From the NCBI GenBank assembly GCA_000146045.2, contig BK006948.2:352001-416000 (forward strand): DNA of 64,000 bases. Reading direction: 5' to 3'. The DNA is from TPA_inf: Saccharomyces (Eukaryota). The notes under the pieces are model-generated. The model saw nothing but the letters and a program-made list of their open reading frames with translations, searched no databases and was not told the DNA's origin. Below, piece by piece: positions 9,412 to 19,957 of this stretch (position 1 is its first letter; each line of letters begins with the position of its first letter). Made by a program: the position numbers and the translations under genes.

Positions 9412-11814
9412 ATGGGGTTCTACAACTGTAGATTCCTGTCCAGACGTCTATCTGTTGAGCCTTGCAGAATAGGTAGCGCCGCTAAAAGCTATCAACAGCG
9501 ATCGATTTATCACTTTGGCGCTGCTCTCACAAATGCCCCTAGTGGAAGAGAAACACCAGACAAGCTACGTTCTGACCTGCATAGTGCTTTAGAGATGGTC
9601 GATGAAATATATGACACAAATTCGACTGTAGAGGACATTGGAAACAAGGAAAAGGGAGGTCGACAAAAATATACGGAAGAAATGGACAAGGCGATTAATC
9701 TACTGAAAACAAATATAAAGAAGGAGTATAGACATGATAAGTATTTGGAGCGGACAAAGGTAGGAACGTATCCTGGTAGAAGAACATATCCTGGTAGGAG
9801 AACATATCCCGCTAGGAGAACATATCCCGCTAGCAGAACATATTCAGATAGCAATTCATACACTTTTCGGATAAATGTCCAGAAGATTAGGCACGCATTA
9901 GTACGTTACAATCAAGATGGTGTTCAAAAACACAACCAAAAGCCTCCTAGGATTGGTCATGGATTAACGAGAGTGTTATACCAACCGTTGTCGCTACAAA
10001 AATTGAGAGATAATAGGAGCAGAATGTATAATTTTGACCCTGCAGTGGAAAATATTAATCCAGAGTATTTGGAAAAGAAAAGTGAAAAAGATGTGAACAC
10101 AGACTCCTCTGGAGAAGGACAAAGCAAGCCAATATTCATCACACCCCACAAAGATGAATCTCTGTTAAAGGTTGCCAAAGAACATAGAAAAAAGTACATA
10201 TCTTCATCAAGTTCCATGACATCAGTACTTTCTCAGTTGCACTATTTATTATCCAATTTCAGAAGATTGAATATCATTGATTCCTCGATATCGAAAAATT
10301 TTCCTCAAAAAAACTGCAATTATTCAGAAAGTGCATATTTTCCGTCAGCAGTCATTCTGAGAAAGAAGAGAAATGGCATTTGTTCTATTGATTCAGATAG
10401 AAGTCTGGATAGGGAGATTGTGCTTTCTGTACTAGGTCATTATCTTGAAGACTTTTTAACGGAAAAGTCCCTGAAGAATAGTTCAAAAAGTGAAAATTAT
10501 CACTATTCTAGTATAGATGAATTCATTGTGAGATCTCAATTGGACGCGTACGACCCAAATCTACCTGGAACGGGTGTATTTGATCTGAAGACAAGAGCAG
10601 TTTCTGCCATAAGATACGATTTATCACATGTAGAGAGTAATAACAACCAAACTGGATATGAGATAGATAAAGTTTATGGGGAATTTGAGTCTTTGGAAAG
10701 AGAATATTTTGAACTAATCAGGTCTGCCCTTCTAAAGTATTCTTTGCAAGCTAGAATTGGCAAAATGGACGGTATTTTCGTTGCATACCACAATATTTCT
10801 AAGATGTTTGGATTCCAATATCTACCTTTGGACGAATTAGATTATATAATCCATTCTTCGTATAACAGCAAATTCGACAGTTTGTTAAAGGAGAAGAATG
10901 ATATCACAAAAGGGATATATGGTGAGGAGGACTACATTCTACACTATGACAGGGACGATAGGAAAATTGCTTGCTTGGTGGCTAATAGGGAATTTAAGAT
11001 GTCTATGAATCTGTTCAGTAATATTTTGAAACACGTTGAGCAGTTACTTAACTCAAGTAATACGAAATGGGAAAAATGCAAAATAATGCTTAAAACCGAA
11101 GTTGAAGAAAAACGATCCAAAAGTGGCCGCTTCTTTAACGAACCGGTGCTAAATATTGTAGCCCTGCCGTTGTCACCTGAGTACGAGGATAAATCTTTAT
11201 TGGTAAAGGATACTTCGAACGAACAATTAACAGAGGAGCTACTAAACCTCCGCTCATATAACGAAAATCTTTTGGAGGAACACCTGAATTCCTTAGTTGG
11301 ATTTAAAGTAAATGTCAAGCATTTCTATCACCATCATCCTAATACTACACATCTACCTGATTTTGCTTTAAAAAAGAACGATATTCTCGACACCGAATCC
11401 CGTAAATATATTTCTGACATGATGAAACGAGACTGGTACAAAGATATACCATCTACACAGACTCCAAACTTTTTCCACGCTTCCGATGTTTCCACTTGGG
11501 AGGTGAACTCTACTTTTACAGATATCAATGACAAACAAATTTTACGAAAACTATACTTTAAATATTTGGATGTTAAATTAAACGCATTGAAAAATCAAGT
11601 AATCACACGTCAGGAACCTGATATGTCTAAAAAGGATGAAATTATGAATCGAATCAAATCACTACAAGCCCGCAATGATCACCGCGATAATGGAAGTAAC
11701 AAAAGATATTCTAATTTTGGCCCTACCCGACTGCAAACTAAACTGCGCGCATATGCTAAAAAAGGTGCCCTTCGAAGAAAACTATTAGAAAGGAGTAACA
11801 AGTTCCATATCTAG
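9412..11814 (+). CDS. PET127: Mitochondrial RNA 5'-end processing and stability protein, 800 aa from the first ATG.
   Basis: Length and position between ERP4 and ROD1 fit. It contains the 18-bp tandem repeat encoding RTYPG(R/A) units. The track start is TTG and the first ATG is at 9412. Confidence 0.75.
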   Translation: MGFYNCRFLSRRLSVEPCRIGSAAKSYQQRSIYHFGAALTNAPSGRETPDKLRSDLHSALEMVDEIYDTNSTVEDIGNKEKGGRQKYTEEMDKAINLLKTNIKKEYRHDKYLERTKVGTYPGRRTYPGRRTYPARRTYPASRTYSDSNSYTFRINVQKIRHALVRYNQDGVQKHNQKPPRIGHGLTRVLYQPLSLQKLRDNRSRMYNFDPAVENINPEYLEKKSEKDVNTDSSGEGQSKPIFITPHKDESLLKVAKEHRKKYISSSSSMTSVLSQLHYLLSNFRRLNIIDSSISKNFPQKNCNYSESAYFPSAVILRKKRNGICSIDSDRSLDREIVLSVLGHYLEDFLTEKSLKNSSKSENYHYSSIDEFIVRSQLDAYDPNLPGTGVFDLKTRAVSAIRYDLSHVESNNNQTGYEIDKVYGEFESLEREYFELIRSALLKYSLQARIGKMDGIFVAYHNISKMFGFQYLPLDELDYIIHSSYNSKFDSLLKEKNDITKGIYGEEDYILHYDRDDRKIACLVANREFKMSMNLFSNILKHVEQLLNSSNTKWEKCKIMLKTEVEEKRSKSGRFFNEPVLNIVALPLSPEYEDKSLLVKDTSNEQLTEELLNLRSYNENLLEEHLNSLVGFKVNVKHFYHHHPNTTHLPDFALKKNDILDTESRKYISDMMKRDWYKDIPSTQTPNFFHASDVSTWEVNSTFTDINDKQILRKLYFKYLDVKLNALKNQVITRQEPDMSKKDEIMNRIKSLQARNDHRDNGSNKRYSNFGPTRLQTKLRAYAKKGALRRKLLERSNKFHI

Positions 11815-12368
11815 AAGACAGTAGTCAGCGTTGGGCAATCTAATGTTATAGGTGAAGTTTTACTACTTTAATGTATTCACTCACAACTTTCGACCTTATG
11901 TAATTATTCTATGTATTTTTAGATATGTCCATACAATGCATTATTCTTGTAATTATAACACATATTAATTAAACAATGGGTCAAAAAGAGTCGAGTCCCT
12001 TGGTACATATTATGTTACATTACTGATTAAGTTGAATAAAAGCATCTAACTTTAAGGAATCTGCTTTATTTTGAAGACCGAAAACTACGAGTAAAAATAG
12101 GAGTTTTAATGCGGATGAATGTCTAACCCCAGAGATGGGTTCTCCGATAAAAACTGAGAAGCTTCCTGTTCACAGTTTTTATAAATTATTTTGTATGGCT
12201 GGGCTCTTGCAATTTTCAGCGTTTTTTTATTAAGCGAAAAAAACAGAACAGGGGTCCCCTATTCAAATATAGACGTCAAAAAGATGCAGATCTAAAACTA
12301 ATTAACAACCATACAGAAATCAACGCGATTTCATCACACCATTCGCTTCTCTTCCTCCATAAGTAATA

Positions 12369-14882
12369 ATGTTTTCATCATCATCTCGACCTTCAAAAGA
12401 GCCATTACTATTTGACATCAGACTTAGAAATTTGGACAATGATGTTTTACTGATAAAAGGCCCCCCTGATGAGGCATCTTCTGTCCTACTATCTGGAACT
12501 ATAGTATTGTCAATTACTGAGCCAATTCAAATCAAGTCTTTGGCTTTGAGACTTTTTGGTAGGTTGAGACTAAATATTCCAACGGTTTTACAAACTGTTC
12601 ATGGGCCGCATAAGCGATACTCAAAGTTTGAGAGAAACATATATTCTCATTTTTGGGATGATTTTAATATAAAAAGTTATTTCCAAAACTTGTACGATAA
12701 TCATAATAATGGTAAAATAACAATTTCTAGTAAATCCTCAACAAATTTAGCAGCATTGCCAAAGAGAAAAAGAGCCCTTTCTACTGCATCATTGATATCA
12801 AGTAATGGGCAGACAAGCGCAAGCAAAAACTATCACACCTTAGTAAAAGGTAACTACGAATTCCCTTTCAGCGCGATTATTCCTGGGTCATTAGTGGAAA
12901 GTGTAGAAGGCCTACCAAATGCTGCCGTCACTTATGCTCTGGAAGCTACTATCGAGAGACCTAAGCAGCCCGACTTGATCTGTAAAAAACATCTAAGAGT
13001 TATTCGAACGTTAGCTATAGATGCAGTCGAGTTATCTGAAACAGTATCAGTGGATAACTCATGGCCTGAAAAAGTCGATTATACGATCTCCATTCCAACT
13101 AAGGCAATTGCCATTGGCTCTTCCACCATGATCAATATTTTAATTGTTCCTATATTAAAAGGATTGAAGTTAGGCCCTGTTAGGATCAGTTTGGTGGAAA
13201 ATTCCCAGTATTGTGGTAGCTATGGAGGGGTTATCAACCAAGAAAGAATGGTGGCTAAATTAAAACTAAAAGATCCCCTGAAGCACGTTGCCCAAATAAA
13301 GAAGAAGAGGAGCCTAAATGAAGCTGCCGACGAAGGGGTTGATACGGACACAGGGGAATTTCAAGATAAATGGGAAGTTCGAGCTTTATTAAACATACCT
13401 GCAAGCCTGACTAAATGCTCCCAAGACTGTCGCATTTTATCTAATATCAAAGTCCGTCATAAGATCAAGTTCACTATAAGTTTACTCAATCCGGACGGTC
13501 ATATTTCAGAATTGCGTGCGGCACTGCCTGTCCAATTATTCATTTCACCGTTTGTTCCAGTCAATGTAAAGACCTCCGATGTTATTGAAAGAACGCTCAA
13601 AACGTTTGGACCCTCATATCAAGTAACAAGTCAGCACGATAATTCATTCAGCAGCAAAAACTTTGTAGACGATAGTGAAGAAGATGTGATTTTTCAAAGA
13701 TCTGCTTCTGCGTTACAATTGTCTTCAATGCCAACCATAGTATCTGGCTCTACTTTAAATATCAATAGTACTGATGCAGAGGCTACCGCAGTCGCTGACA
13801 CAACTATGGTAACTAGTTTGATGGTACCTCCCAACTACGGCAATCACGTTTACGATCGAGTGTATGGCGAGGTAACTAATGAAGACGAAACTTCAGCATC
13901 AGCTTCTTCAAGTGCCGTCGAATCACAGGCAATTCACAATATTCAAAACCTATATATATCGGATAGTAACAATAGCAATAATCCTATTTTGGCACCAAAT
14001 CCTCAAATCAAGATTGAAGATGATAGCCTAAATAATTGTGACTCTCGAGGGGACAGCGTTAACAATAGTAACCTGAATCTGGTTAATAGTAATCTAACAA
14101 TTAGTGAAAATTGGAACAATAACTCTCCTTCTGCAAATAGATATAATAACATCATTAATGCTGGATTGAATAGTCCTTCACTGACACCAAGCTTTGCACA
14201 TTTATCTAGGCGTAACTCATATAGTCGCCAAACATCTTCTACATCGCTGAAGAACGATTTGGAACTGACAGATTTAAGCAGAGTTCCCTCGTATGATAAA
14301 GCAATGAAATCTGATATGATTGGTGAGGATCTTCCACCGGCTTATCCCGAGGAAGAACTTGGAGTTCAAGAAAATAAAAAAATTGAACTAGAAAGGCCAC
14401 AAATTCTTCATCACAAGTCTACATCCTCTTTGTTGCCACTTCCAGGCTCGAGCAAGAGTTCCAATAATCTGAAAAGATCGTCTAGTAGGACACATTTATC
14501 CCACTCTCCATTACCAAGGAATAATAGCGGATCCTCAGTATCATTGCAGCAGTTGGCGAGAAACAACACAGATAGTTCATTTAATCTAAATCTCTCTTTC
14601 ACTTCAGCAAAAAGCAGCACAGGAAGCAGACATTTTCCGTTTAATATGACAACATCTTTCACTAGTAATTCAAGTTCCAAGAACAATTCACATTTTGATA
14701 AAACTGATTCTACATCTGACGCTAATAAGCCAAGAGAAGAGGAAAACTATACGAGCGCAACCCACAATCGAAGGTCACGCTCATCGTCAGTTCGGAGCAA
14801 CAATAGCAACTCACCATTAAGACAAGGAACAGGTTCATTTGCTAATTTAATGGAGATGTTCACAAAACGGGATCGCTCATAG
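12369..14882 (+). CDS. ROD1: Alpha-arrestin (ART family) adaptor for Rsp5, 837 aa.
   Basis: It has arrestin-like N and C domains. There are two PPxY motifs: PPNY at 13827-13838 and PPAY at 14334-14345. The C-terminus is Ser/Asn-rich. Confidence 0.85.
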   Translation: MFSSSSRPSKEPLLFDIRLRNLDNDVLLIKGPPDEASSVLLSGTIVLSITEPIQIKSLALRLFGRLRLNIPTVLQTVHGPHKRYSKFERNIYSHFWDDFNIKSYFQNLYDNHNNGKITISSKSSTNLAALPKRKRALSTASLISSNGQTSASKNYHTLVKGNYEFPFSAIIPGSLVESVEGLPNAAVTYALEATIERPKQPDLICKKHLRVIRTLAIDAVELSETVSVDNSWPEKVDYTISIPTKAIAIGSSTMINILIVPILKGLKLGPVRISLVENSQYCGSYGGVINQERMVAKLKLKDPLKHVAQIKKKRSLNEAADEGVDTDTGEFQDKWEVRALLNIPASLTKCSQDCRILSNIKVRHKIKFTISLLNPDGHISELRAALPVQLFISPFVPVNVKTSDVIERTLKTFGPSYQVTSQHDNSFSSKNFVDDSEEDVIFQRSASALQLSSMPTIVSGSTLNINSTDAEATAVADTTMVTSLMVPPNYGNHVYDRVYGEVTNEDETSASASSSAVESQAIHNIQNLYISDSNNSNNPILAPNPQIKIEDDSLNNCDSRGDSVNNSNLNLVNSNLTISENWNNNSPSANRYNNIINAGLNSPSLTPSFAHLSRRNSYSRQTSSTSLKNDLELTDLSRVPSYDKAMKSDMIGEDLPPAYPEEELGVQENKKIELERPQILHHKSTSSLLPLPGSSKSSNNLKRSSSRTHLSHSPLPRNNSGSSVSLQQLARNNTDSSFNLNLSFTSAKSSTGSRHFPFNMTTSFTSNSSSKNNSHFDKTDSTSDANKPREEENYTSATHNRRSRSSSVRSNNSNSPLRQGTGSFANLMEMFTKRDRS

Positions 14883-16126
14883 ACTGCTTTATTTTTTGTC
14901 TTCGAAATTTCGACAAAAAGATATGAGCAATACTTCATACACGTTTGTACAGTTAAGCATATATACTTTGATAGAGTACTTTCATACCTCATACCACTTG
15001 AAAAATGATAATATAATGTTATAATACTACCTCATAATTGCTATAAAGTAAAACAATTCGGCGTTGTAGTTTATGCTTCTATAATCACAAAAAAATTTCA
15101 CTGAAGTTGTCAGATTCTGCCGCAAGGCTTCTCATAGATTTTGTTAAGTGGTCTTACTCGGTTTTATGGCTTGAAGGTTAACATAATTATGAAAACTTAT
15201 TGATATCCTCCCCACCCCTAACGTTTTAAAAATGATCTCGTCCAATATGTTTGAGGTGAATAATATCGGACCAGTTCTTGTTTTTAAAAGATAAGAATTG
15301 CTCATATTTCCCATACTTGTTGGAAAATTTCTCTCAACAATTGTATGAAGGCAAAATCCCTCAATTGAAACATTAAAATAGTGATTAGAAAAACAGGATT
15401 AATCAGTTATACGAACGTATTTTTGAGAGAATATAATGAGAATACAATGAGCTTCAGAAGATCTGTTTTTCTTTACTTGGCACTTCTTCCTCAACAATTA
15501 TTGGCACTACAAAATTTTCTAATTAAATGTTAAAGATCCCACAGACATCATTCGTATATATCCTCCCATTTTATACGGTTAGCCAACTTTGCGATCCTAC
15601 GGAAATTGCTATTTTTATAGTCAACTCATTGATCTCGAGCACAGCTGCTCTTTTCTCTCAATGAATTACGTTATATGTTAATCACACAAGCATCAGTTTT
15701 TCATCGCAAAAGAAAATATTTAGAGTTCTTGCAATTCAGATGTACCTCAATTAATAACTCAATCACCTCCTATGTTCTTGCTGGTAGTACTGCTTTTGTC
15801 TTAATTACTGCTGAATCAGCCTTCTAGAAGACCGTTCTGTTTCAGCCGCTCGCCCCTTTTCAAAGCTTGCGCGGCTGAGTTTTATGAGGGGCGGCTTTTT
15901 TGTGAATGGCAATCTACCATTATTAGTAGCAATATGATTTGCAGATAGATACATATATATCCTTCTGGGTTCATGTCTCGTTACCATCCACACTAATGCA
16001 TAGGACCAGAAAGAAAGGACATCGAATCCAACACGTATTAAAATAAGGACTCCTCATTAAAAAGGCTTTTAATATTCAACTTGCTATAGATCACGCACCC
16101 TTTTGGCAAGTCAACCTTAAATTATT

Positions 16127-18319
16127 ATGATTTCTGTTTGCCCACAAAATGACTTGCAAAAATGCTACAGAAGCCTCACATTCGATGTTCCAGGACAACA
16201 ATTCGAAGAGAGAAATGAACAAAACCTTAAAAAACGGGCCAAAAAGAAAGGCAGTTTCCAACCATCTGTTGCCTTTGACACAGTGCCTTCCACCGCTGGT
16301 TATTCTTCTATAGACGACAGCAGGGAAGGATTCAAAGGTGTACCTGTTCCCAACTATTACACGATGGAAGAGTGCTATGACGATGAAACAGACTCTTTTT
16401 CGCCAAATTTGCAATATTATTTGAGAGATACATTCCAATCATCACCTTTTCTGAATACTAGAAAAGAGAACAAATCTGAATCCAGTAGTTTTCCAATGAG
16501 ATCCTCAAAGTTGTTGGAAAAGAATTCTGACATCAAAAAATATTTCTTGGTATCCAAGAATGGAAAAATAGTGAGGAGAGACTATCCAAGCACGCCAGTA
16601 ATTGTCAACGAAACGTTGATGATAAACAGGTTTGAAAAGAACTGGATAAAGTTATGGCGCCAAAGAAAACTACAAATAAATGAAAGGCTGAATGACAAAA
16701 AAAAATGGTTTACTTACCCAGAACTTATCTTCTCTGAAGAGCGTATTAAACCGTTATATAGAGGAGATGATAGTGCACCATGTACAAAAGAACAAAAAAG
16801 AAAGCATAAAATACTTCAACAAAAGGTCGGATATCCCAATAACCCTAAGACAATAGTTTGTCACATTAACGGAAAAAAACATACGTGGGTTGCCCTAGAC
16901 TGGACAGTCTACAAGTTTGCACGAAATCTTGATCACATTGTTGTCATAACTACACTGCCAAAAATGATTTCTAACAGGAAAAAAACTGCAAAAGATGATA
17001 CAGAATGGGCACCGGGATATCAAAAAGAAGTAATAGATCAAAAATTAAACGACATTTTTGATTATATTTTACAGCTAGTAAAAGTGGTCAAAATATCCGT
17101 CAAAATTACTTTAGAAATAATTGTAGGCAAAATTAAAAAAAGTCTGGTAGATGTCATTAATGTCCATACTCCAGATTTCTTAGTTCTTGCTACTTTAAAG
17201 CACGAGCGAAATGAGAATCTTATTACATATAAATCCAAAAAGCTGACAGATGTCTTTCCTGTTAGTTATCCGATTCCCACATTTGTTGTTCCCTCGAAAC
17301 GAATGTATTCGTTCGAACTGAATCTACAAAGAGAAGTAAATGAACATTATGTCTCAAAAAATCATATGAAGCACGAACACACTGACGTTGAGAGCATGAG
17401 CAGTTCAATGTTCAAAAAAAATACAATATCAGATATTTCTTCACATATTTCCGTAGATTCGTACGCCGAAGATTTCAAAAGGCAAGGCTACATCAAAAAG
17501 CAGTTCAACACCTCTAATGATTCCATTCCAAGAAAATTGACCGGTCTCGCCCAGCATTCAAGAAGGAAGATCACGGGTGATATAGAAAAATTACAAGACG
17601 ATGAGAAAGATAGAGAATGTACTAAGGAAAAACTTTTGTTGAAGAAAATTGATATCATAATTAGAGAGTCATTGAAGTCTTCTTTAGCGATAGAGACGTT
17701 GCCTGGTAAAAATGTATCGCAGTCCAGTCACGGTGACCAAATTTCCAGCTTTAAGAATGCTTTGATAGGCAATGGGTCGAAAAACACAAAGTTTAGAAAA
17801 TCTTTAATACCATATTCTTCCTCAGAGGAACAAAATACCACAACAACTATTAAACTCAGTAGCTCGCCTACGTCCCAAATCAAGTTTGCAACCTCTGTAA
17901 AACACAAAGATGGAAGAGCCGCCCTTGGCAAAGCCAGAAATCTGCCTGATATAAGGCACAGTATTTCCTTCGACAAAGAAAATTCCTTTGATCCATCTGA
18001 TAAAAGCAGTAGTGTTGATAATAGCATTCCTTTGAGGAAAGTTAAAAGTGCCGGTGCGTTAAGAAAAGTCAAAACTAATGACTCCTCAAGTAGTGCAGGG
18101 TCAAAGAAAAGCTCGTCTAGTTTTAGTACTGTGAACACCTTCACTGGGGGTGGAGTTGGGATTTTTAAGGTGTTTAAAAGTGGAAGTTCCTCTGGAAATA
18201 AATCATCCAGTAGAAGGAATAGTAGCAGTGGCGATGTTTTTGAAAGTGATGATCGTAACGACAAGAAAAAGAAGAAGAAAAAAAAGAAGAAATCATTGTT
18301 CTTATTCGGCAAAATATGA
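16127..18319 (+). CDS. Uncharacterised 730-aa protein (YOR019W-like). The C-terminus is Ser-rich and carries a run of about 10 Lys.
   Basis: The ATG is at 16127 and the ORF length is 730 aa. A poly-Lys run is encoded at 18263-18292. Confidence 0.65.
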   Translation: MISVCPQNDLQKCYRSLTFDVPGQQFEERNEQNLKKRAKKKGSFQPSVAFDTVPSTAGYSSIDDSREGFKGVPVPNYYTMEECYDDETDSFSPNLQYYLRDTFQSSPFLNTRKENKSESSSFPMRSSKLLEKNSDIKKYFLVSKNGKIVRRDYPSTPVIVNETLMINRFEKNWIKLWRQRKLQINERLNDKKKWFTYPELIFSEERIKPLYRGDDSAPCTKEQKRKHKILQQKVGYPNNPKTIVCHINGKKHTWVALDWTVYKFARNLDHIVVITTLPKMISNRKKTAKDDTEWAPGYQKEVIDQKLNDIFDYILQLVKVVKISVKITLEIIVGKIKKSLVDVINVHTPDFLVLATLKHERNENLITYKSKKLTDVFPVSYPIPTFVVPSKRMYSFELNLQREVNEHYVSKNHMKHEHTDVESMSSSMFKKNTISDISSHISVDSYAEDFKRQGYIKKQFNTSNDSIPRKLTGLAQHSRRKITGDIEKLQDDEKDRECTKEKLLLKKIDIIIRESLKSSLAIETLPGKNVSQSSHGDQISSFKNALIGNGSKNTKFRKSLIPYSSSEEQNTTTTIKLSSSPTSQIKFATSVKHKDGRAALGKARNLPDIRHSISFDKENSFDPSDKSSSVDNSIPLRKVKSAGALRKVKTNDSSSSAGSKKSSSSFSTVNTFTGGGVGIFKVFKSGSSSGNKSSSRRNSSSGDVFESDDRNDKKKKKKKKKKSLFLFGKI

Positions 18320-18523
18320 GCGGATAGTTTGTACACATAGTGTCCCTAAAATTCCTATTGATGAATAGATCAATTTTATTAGCAGACAATTGGGGGCAGC
18401 AACTGAATAGCAGAAGAAATTTGAGTTCAATTATTTTTTTTTCCTGTCATACATAATGGCCTATTTACAGGTACATACATATAGAGTATGTATATAAAAT
18501 CTCTGTTGAAGAAGACATCATTC

Positions 18524-18844
18524 TTAGTCCTTGGCAATCTTAGCCAGGATTTCAGCGTCCCTGAAAAGAATAACTTCATCGTCGTTACCCAATTTAATGG
18601 TAGAACCACCAAACTGTGGAATCAAAACTTGGTCACCAACTTTAACTTGAGGAACAACCTTATTACCATTAGCATCAGTAAAGCCCGGGCCTACGGCAAC
18701 AACTTCAGCTTGGTTTAACTTCTCCACGTTCTTTTCAGGTAAATACAACCCGGATGCTGTCTTTGCTTGTGCCTTGATTCTTTGGACAAGGACACGGTCC
18801 ATCAATGGAACGATAGATTTAGCAGACTTCAAAAGGGTGGACAT
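18524..18844 (-). CDS. HSP10: Mitochondrial chaperonin 10 (GroES/cpn10), 106 aa.
   Basis: The translation MSTLLKSAKSIVPLMDRVLVQRIKAQAKTASGLYLPEKNVEKLNQAEVVAVGPG...GDQVLIPQFGGSTIKLGNDDEVILFRDAEILAKI is a clear GroES fold signature. Confidence 0.92.
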   Translation of the reverse strand: MSTLLKSAKSIVPLMDRVLVQRIKAQAKTASGLYLPEKNVEKLNQAEVVAVGPGFTDANGNKVVPQVKVGDQVLIPQFGGSTIKLGNDDEVILFRDAEILAKIAKD

Positions 18845-18992
18845 TCTTTTTTTTCTGTAGATTCAATATATTTTCGATCAATGGCTTCTATCAGAAATTA
18901 TTTTAAACCTAGCACATAATAAGTTTGTACTGTATAAGCGTTTTGACTAATTTTATACATAATCAAGCTTCTTTTTCCCATTCCTTCAAGAT

Positions 18993-19005
18993 TCTAGAAA
19001 TTTCT
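18993..19005. promoter_or_regulatory. Heat shock element (TTCtaGAAatTTC) about 150 bp upstream of HSP10, within the HSP10/YOR020W-A divergent promoter.
   Basis: It is a perfect three-unit nTTCnnGAAnnTTCn array. Confidence 0.6.
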
Positions 19006-19684
19006 ATCATTGATGACGGGCATTACCCCGTTAATGACCTTCACACGAATGAGAATTGGGCGGCTAATGAGAGAACTTCGAGAGGTGCAATAAGTGAGAA
19101 ATAACAACTTTAGAACTCATTATGATTGCTTCCAATACCTAATCCTACGTATGTACTAAATTAAAAAGACAGACATGCATTATTGAATATTGACATTTTG
19201 AGAGTAACTTTTTATTATGAGTGGCATAATAAGATAATCGACGCAAGCCACAATTTATACAATAAAAAATGCTACCATCGCTGCTACATATGAACGAAAA
19301 TAATACAACTATCGTTACGGCCTTTGCTGAACCGTAATAAAATAAAATTCCTTGTTACATTTTTTTAGCCAGCTGCCTCAGAAAGAGGCGTTTACTATTT
19401 AATGGAGAAAGAAAGCAAAGAAAAATAAAAGGTATTTTCTTTACGGAAAGCCTTCGAGCAATCCAGGAGAAAGTGGACCTTTTTTTCCCAATGAAGAGAT
19501 CATAGGAGTATGGATTGAAAATATAATAGAACTTCGGGTAACGAGGTGTAATTTCACAGTCCATAATACAGAGCTAACGGTTTAAGGGTAAATAGTTATC
19601 TAAGTCAAGTTTTGAAGGAACAAGTAAGAAAGGTCGCTACTGTTTCTAAACATAAGATATACAAAAATAAATATAGCTATCTCA

Positions 19685-19957
19685 ATGGGTGCTGCATACA
19701 AAGTATTTGGGAAGACGGTTCAACCTCACGTATTGGCTATATCTACGTTTATCGCTACTGCTGCAGTGGCATCTTACTTTACCACGAAACCAAAAACCAA
19801 AAATGAAGGCAAGAATAGTTCTGCCTTGAGCCAACAAAAAAGCGGTGAAAGTTCAAACTCAGATGCTATGGGAAAGGACGATGATGTCGTAAAGAGTATT
19901 GAAGGATTTTTAAATGATTTAGAGAAAGATACGAGGCAGGATACGAAAGCCAACTGA
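19685..19957 (+). CDS. Small (90 aa) single-TM protein (YOR020W-A-like), probably mitochondrial membrane.
   Basis: The N-terminus MGAAYKVFGKTVQPHVLAISTFIATAAVASYFTT carries one hydrophobic helix, followed by a charged tail. The length matches the annotated small ORF at this position. Confidence 0.55.
   Translation: MGAAYKVFGKTVQPHVLAISTFIATAAVASYFTTKPKTKNEGKNSSALSQQKSGESSNSDAMGKDDDVVKSIEGFLNDLEKDTRQDTKAN

Noticed and set aside
14883-16126. ARS / ACS elements in the large intergenic gaps.
   Set aside because: I could not find a convincing 11/11 WTTTAYRTTTW match with flanking B elements by eye. An origin may exist, but I cannot support a call.
17728-18336. A 202-codon minus-strand ORF antisense to the YOR019W 3' end.
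   Set aside because: It is produced by the low-complexity Ser/Lys coding sequence on the other strand (poly-Phe, poly-Leu). It has no domain and is fully overlapped by a longer, better ORF.
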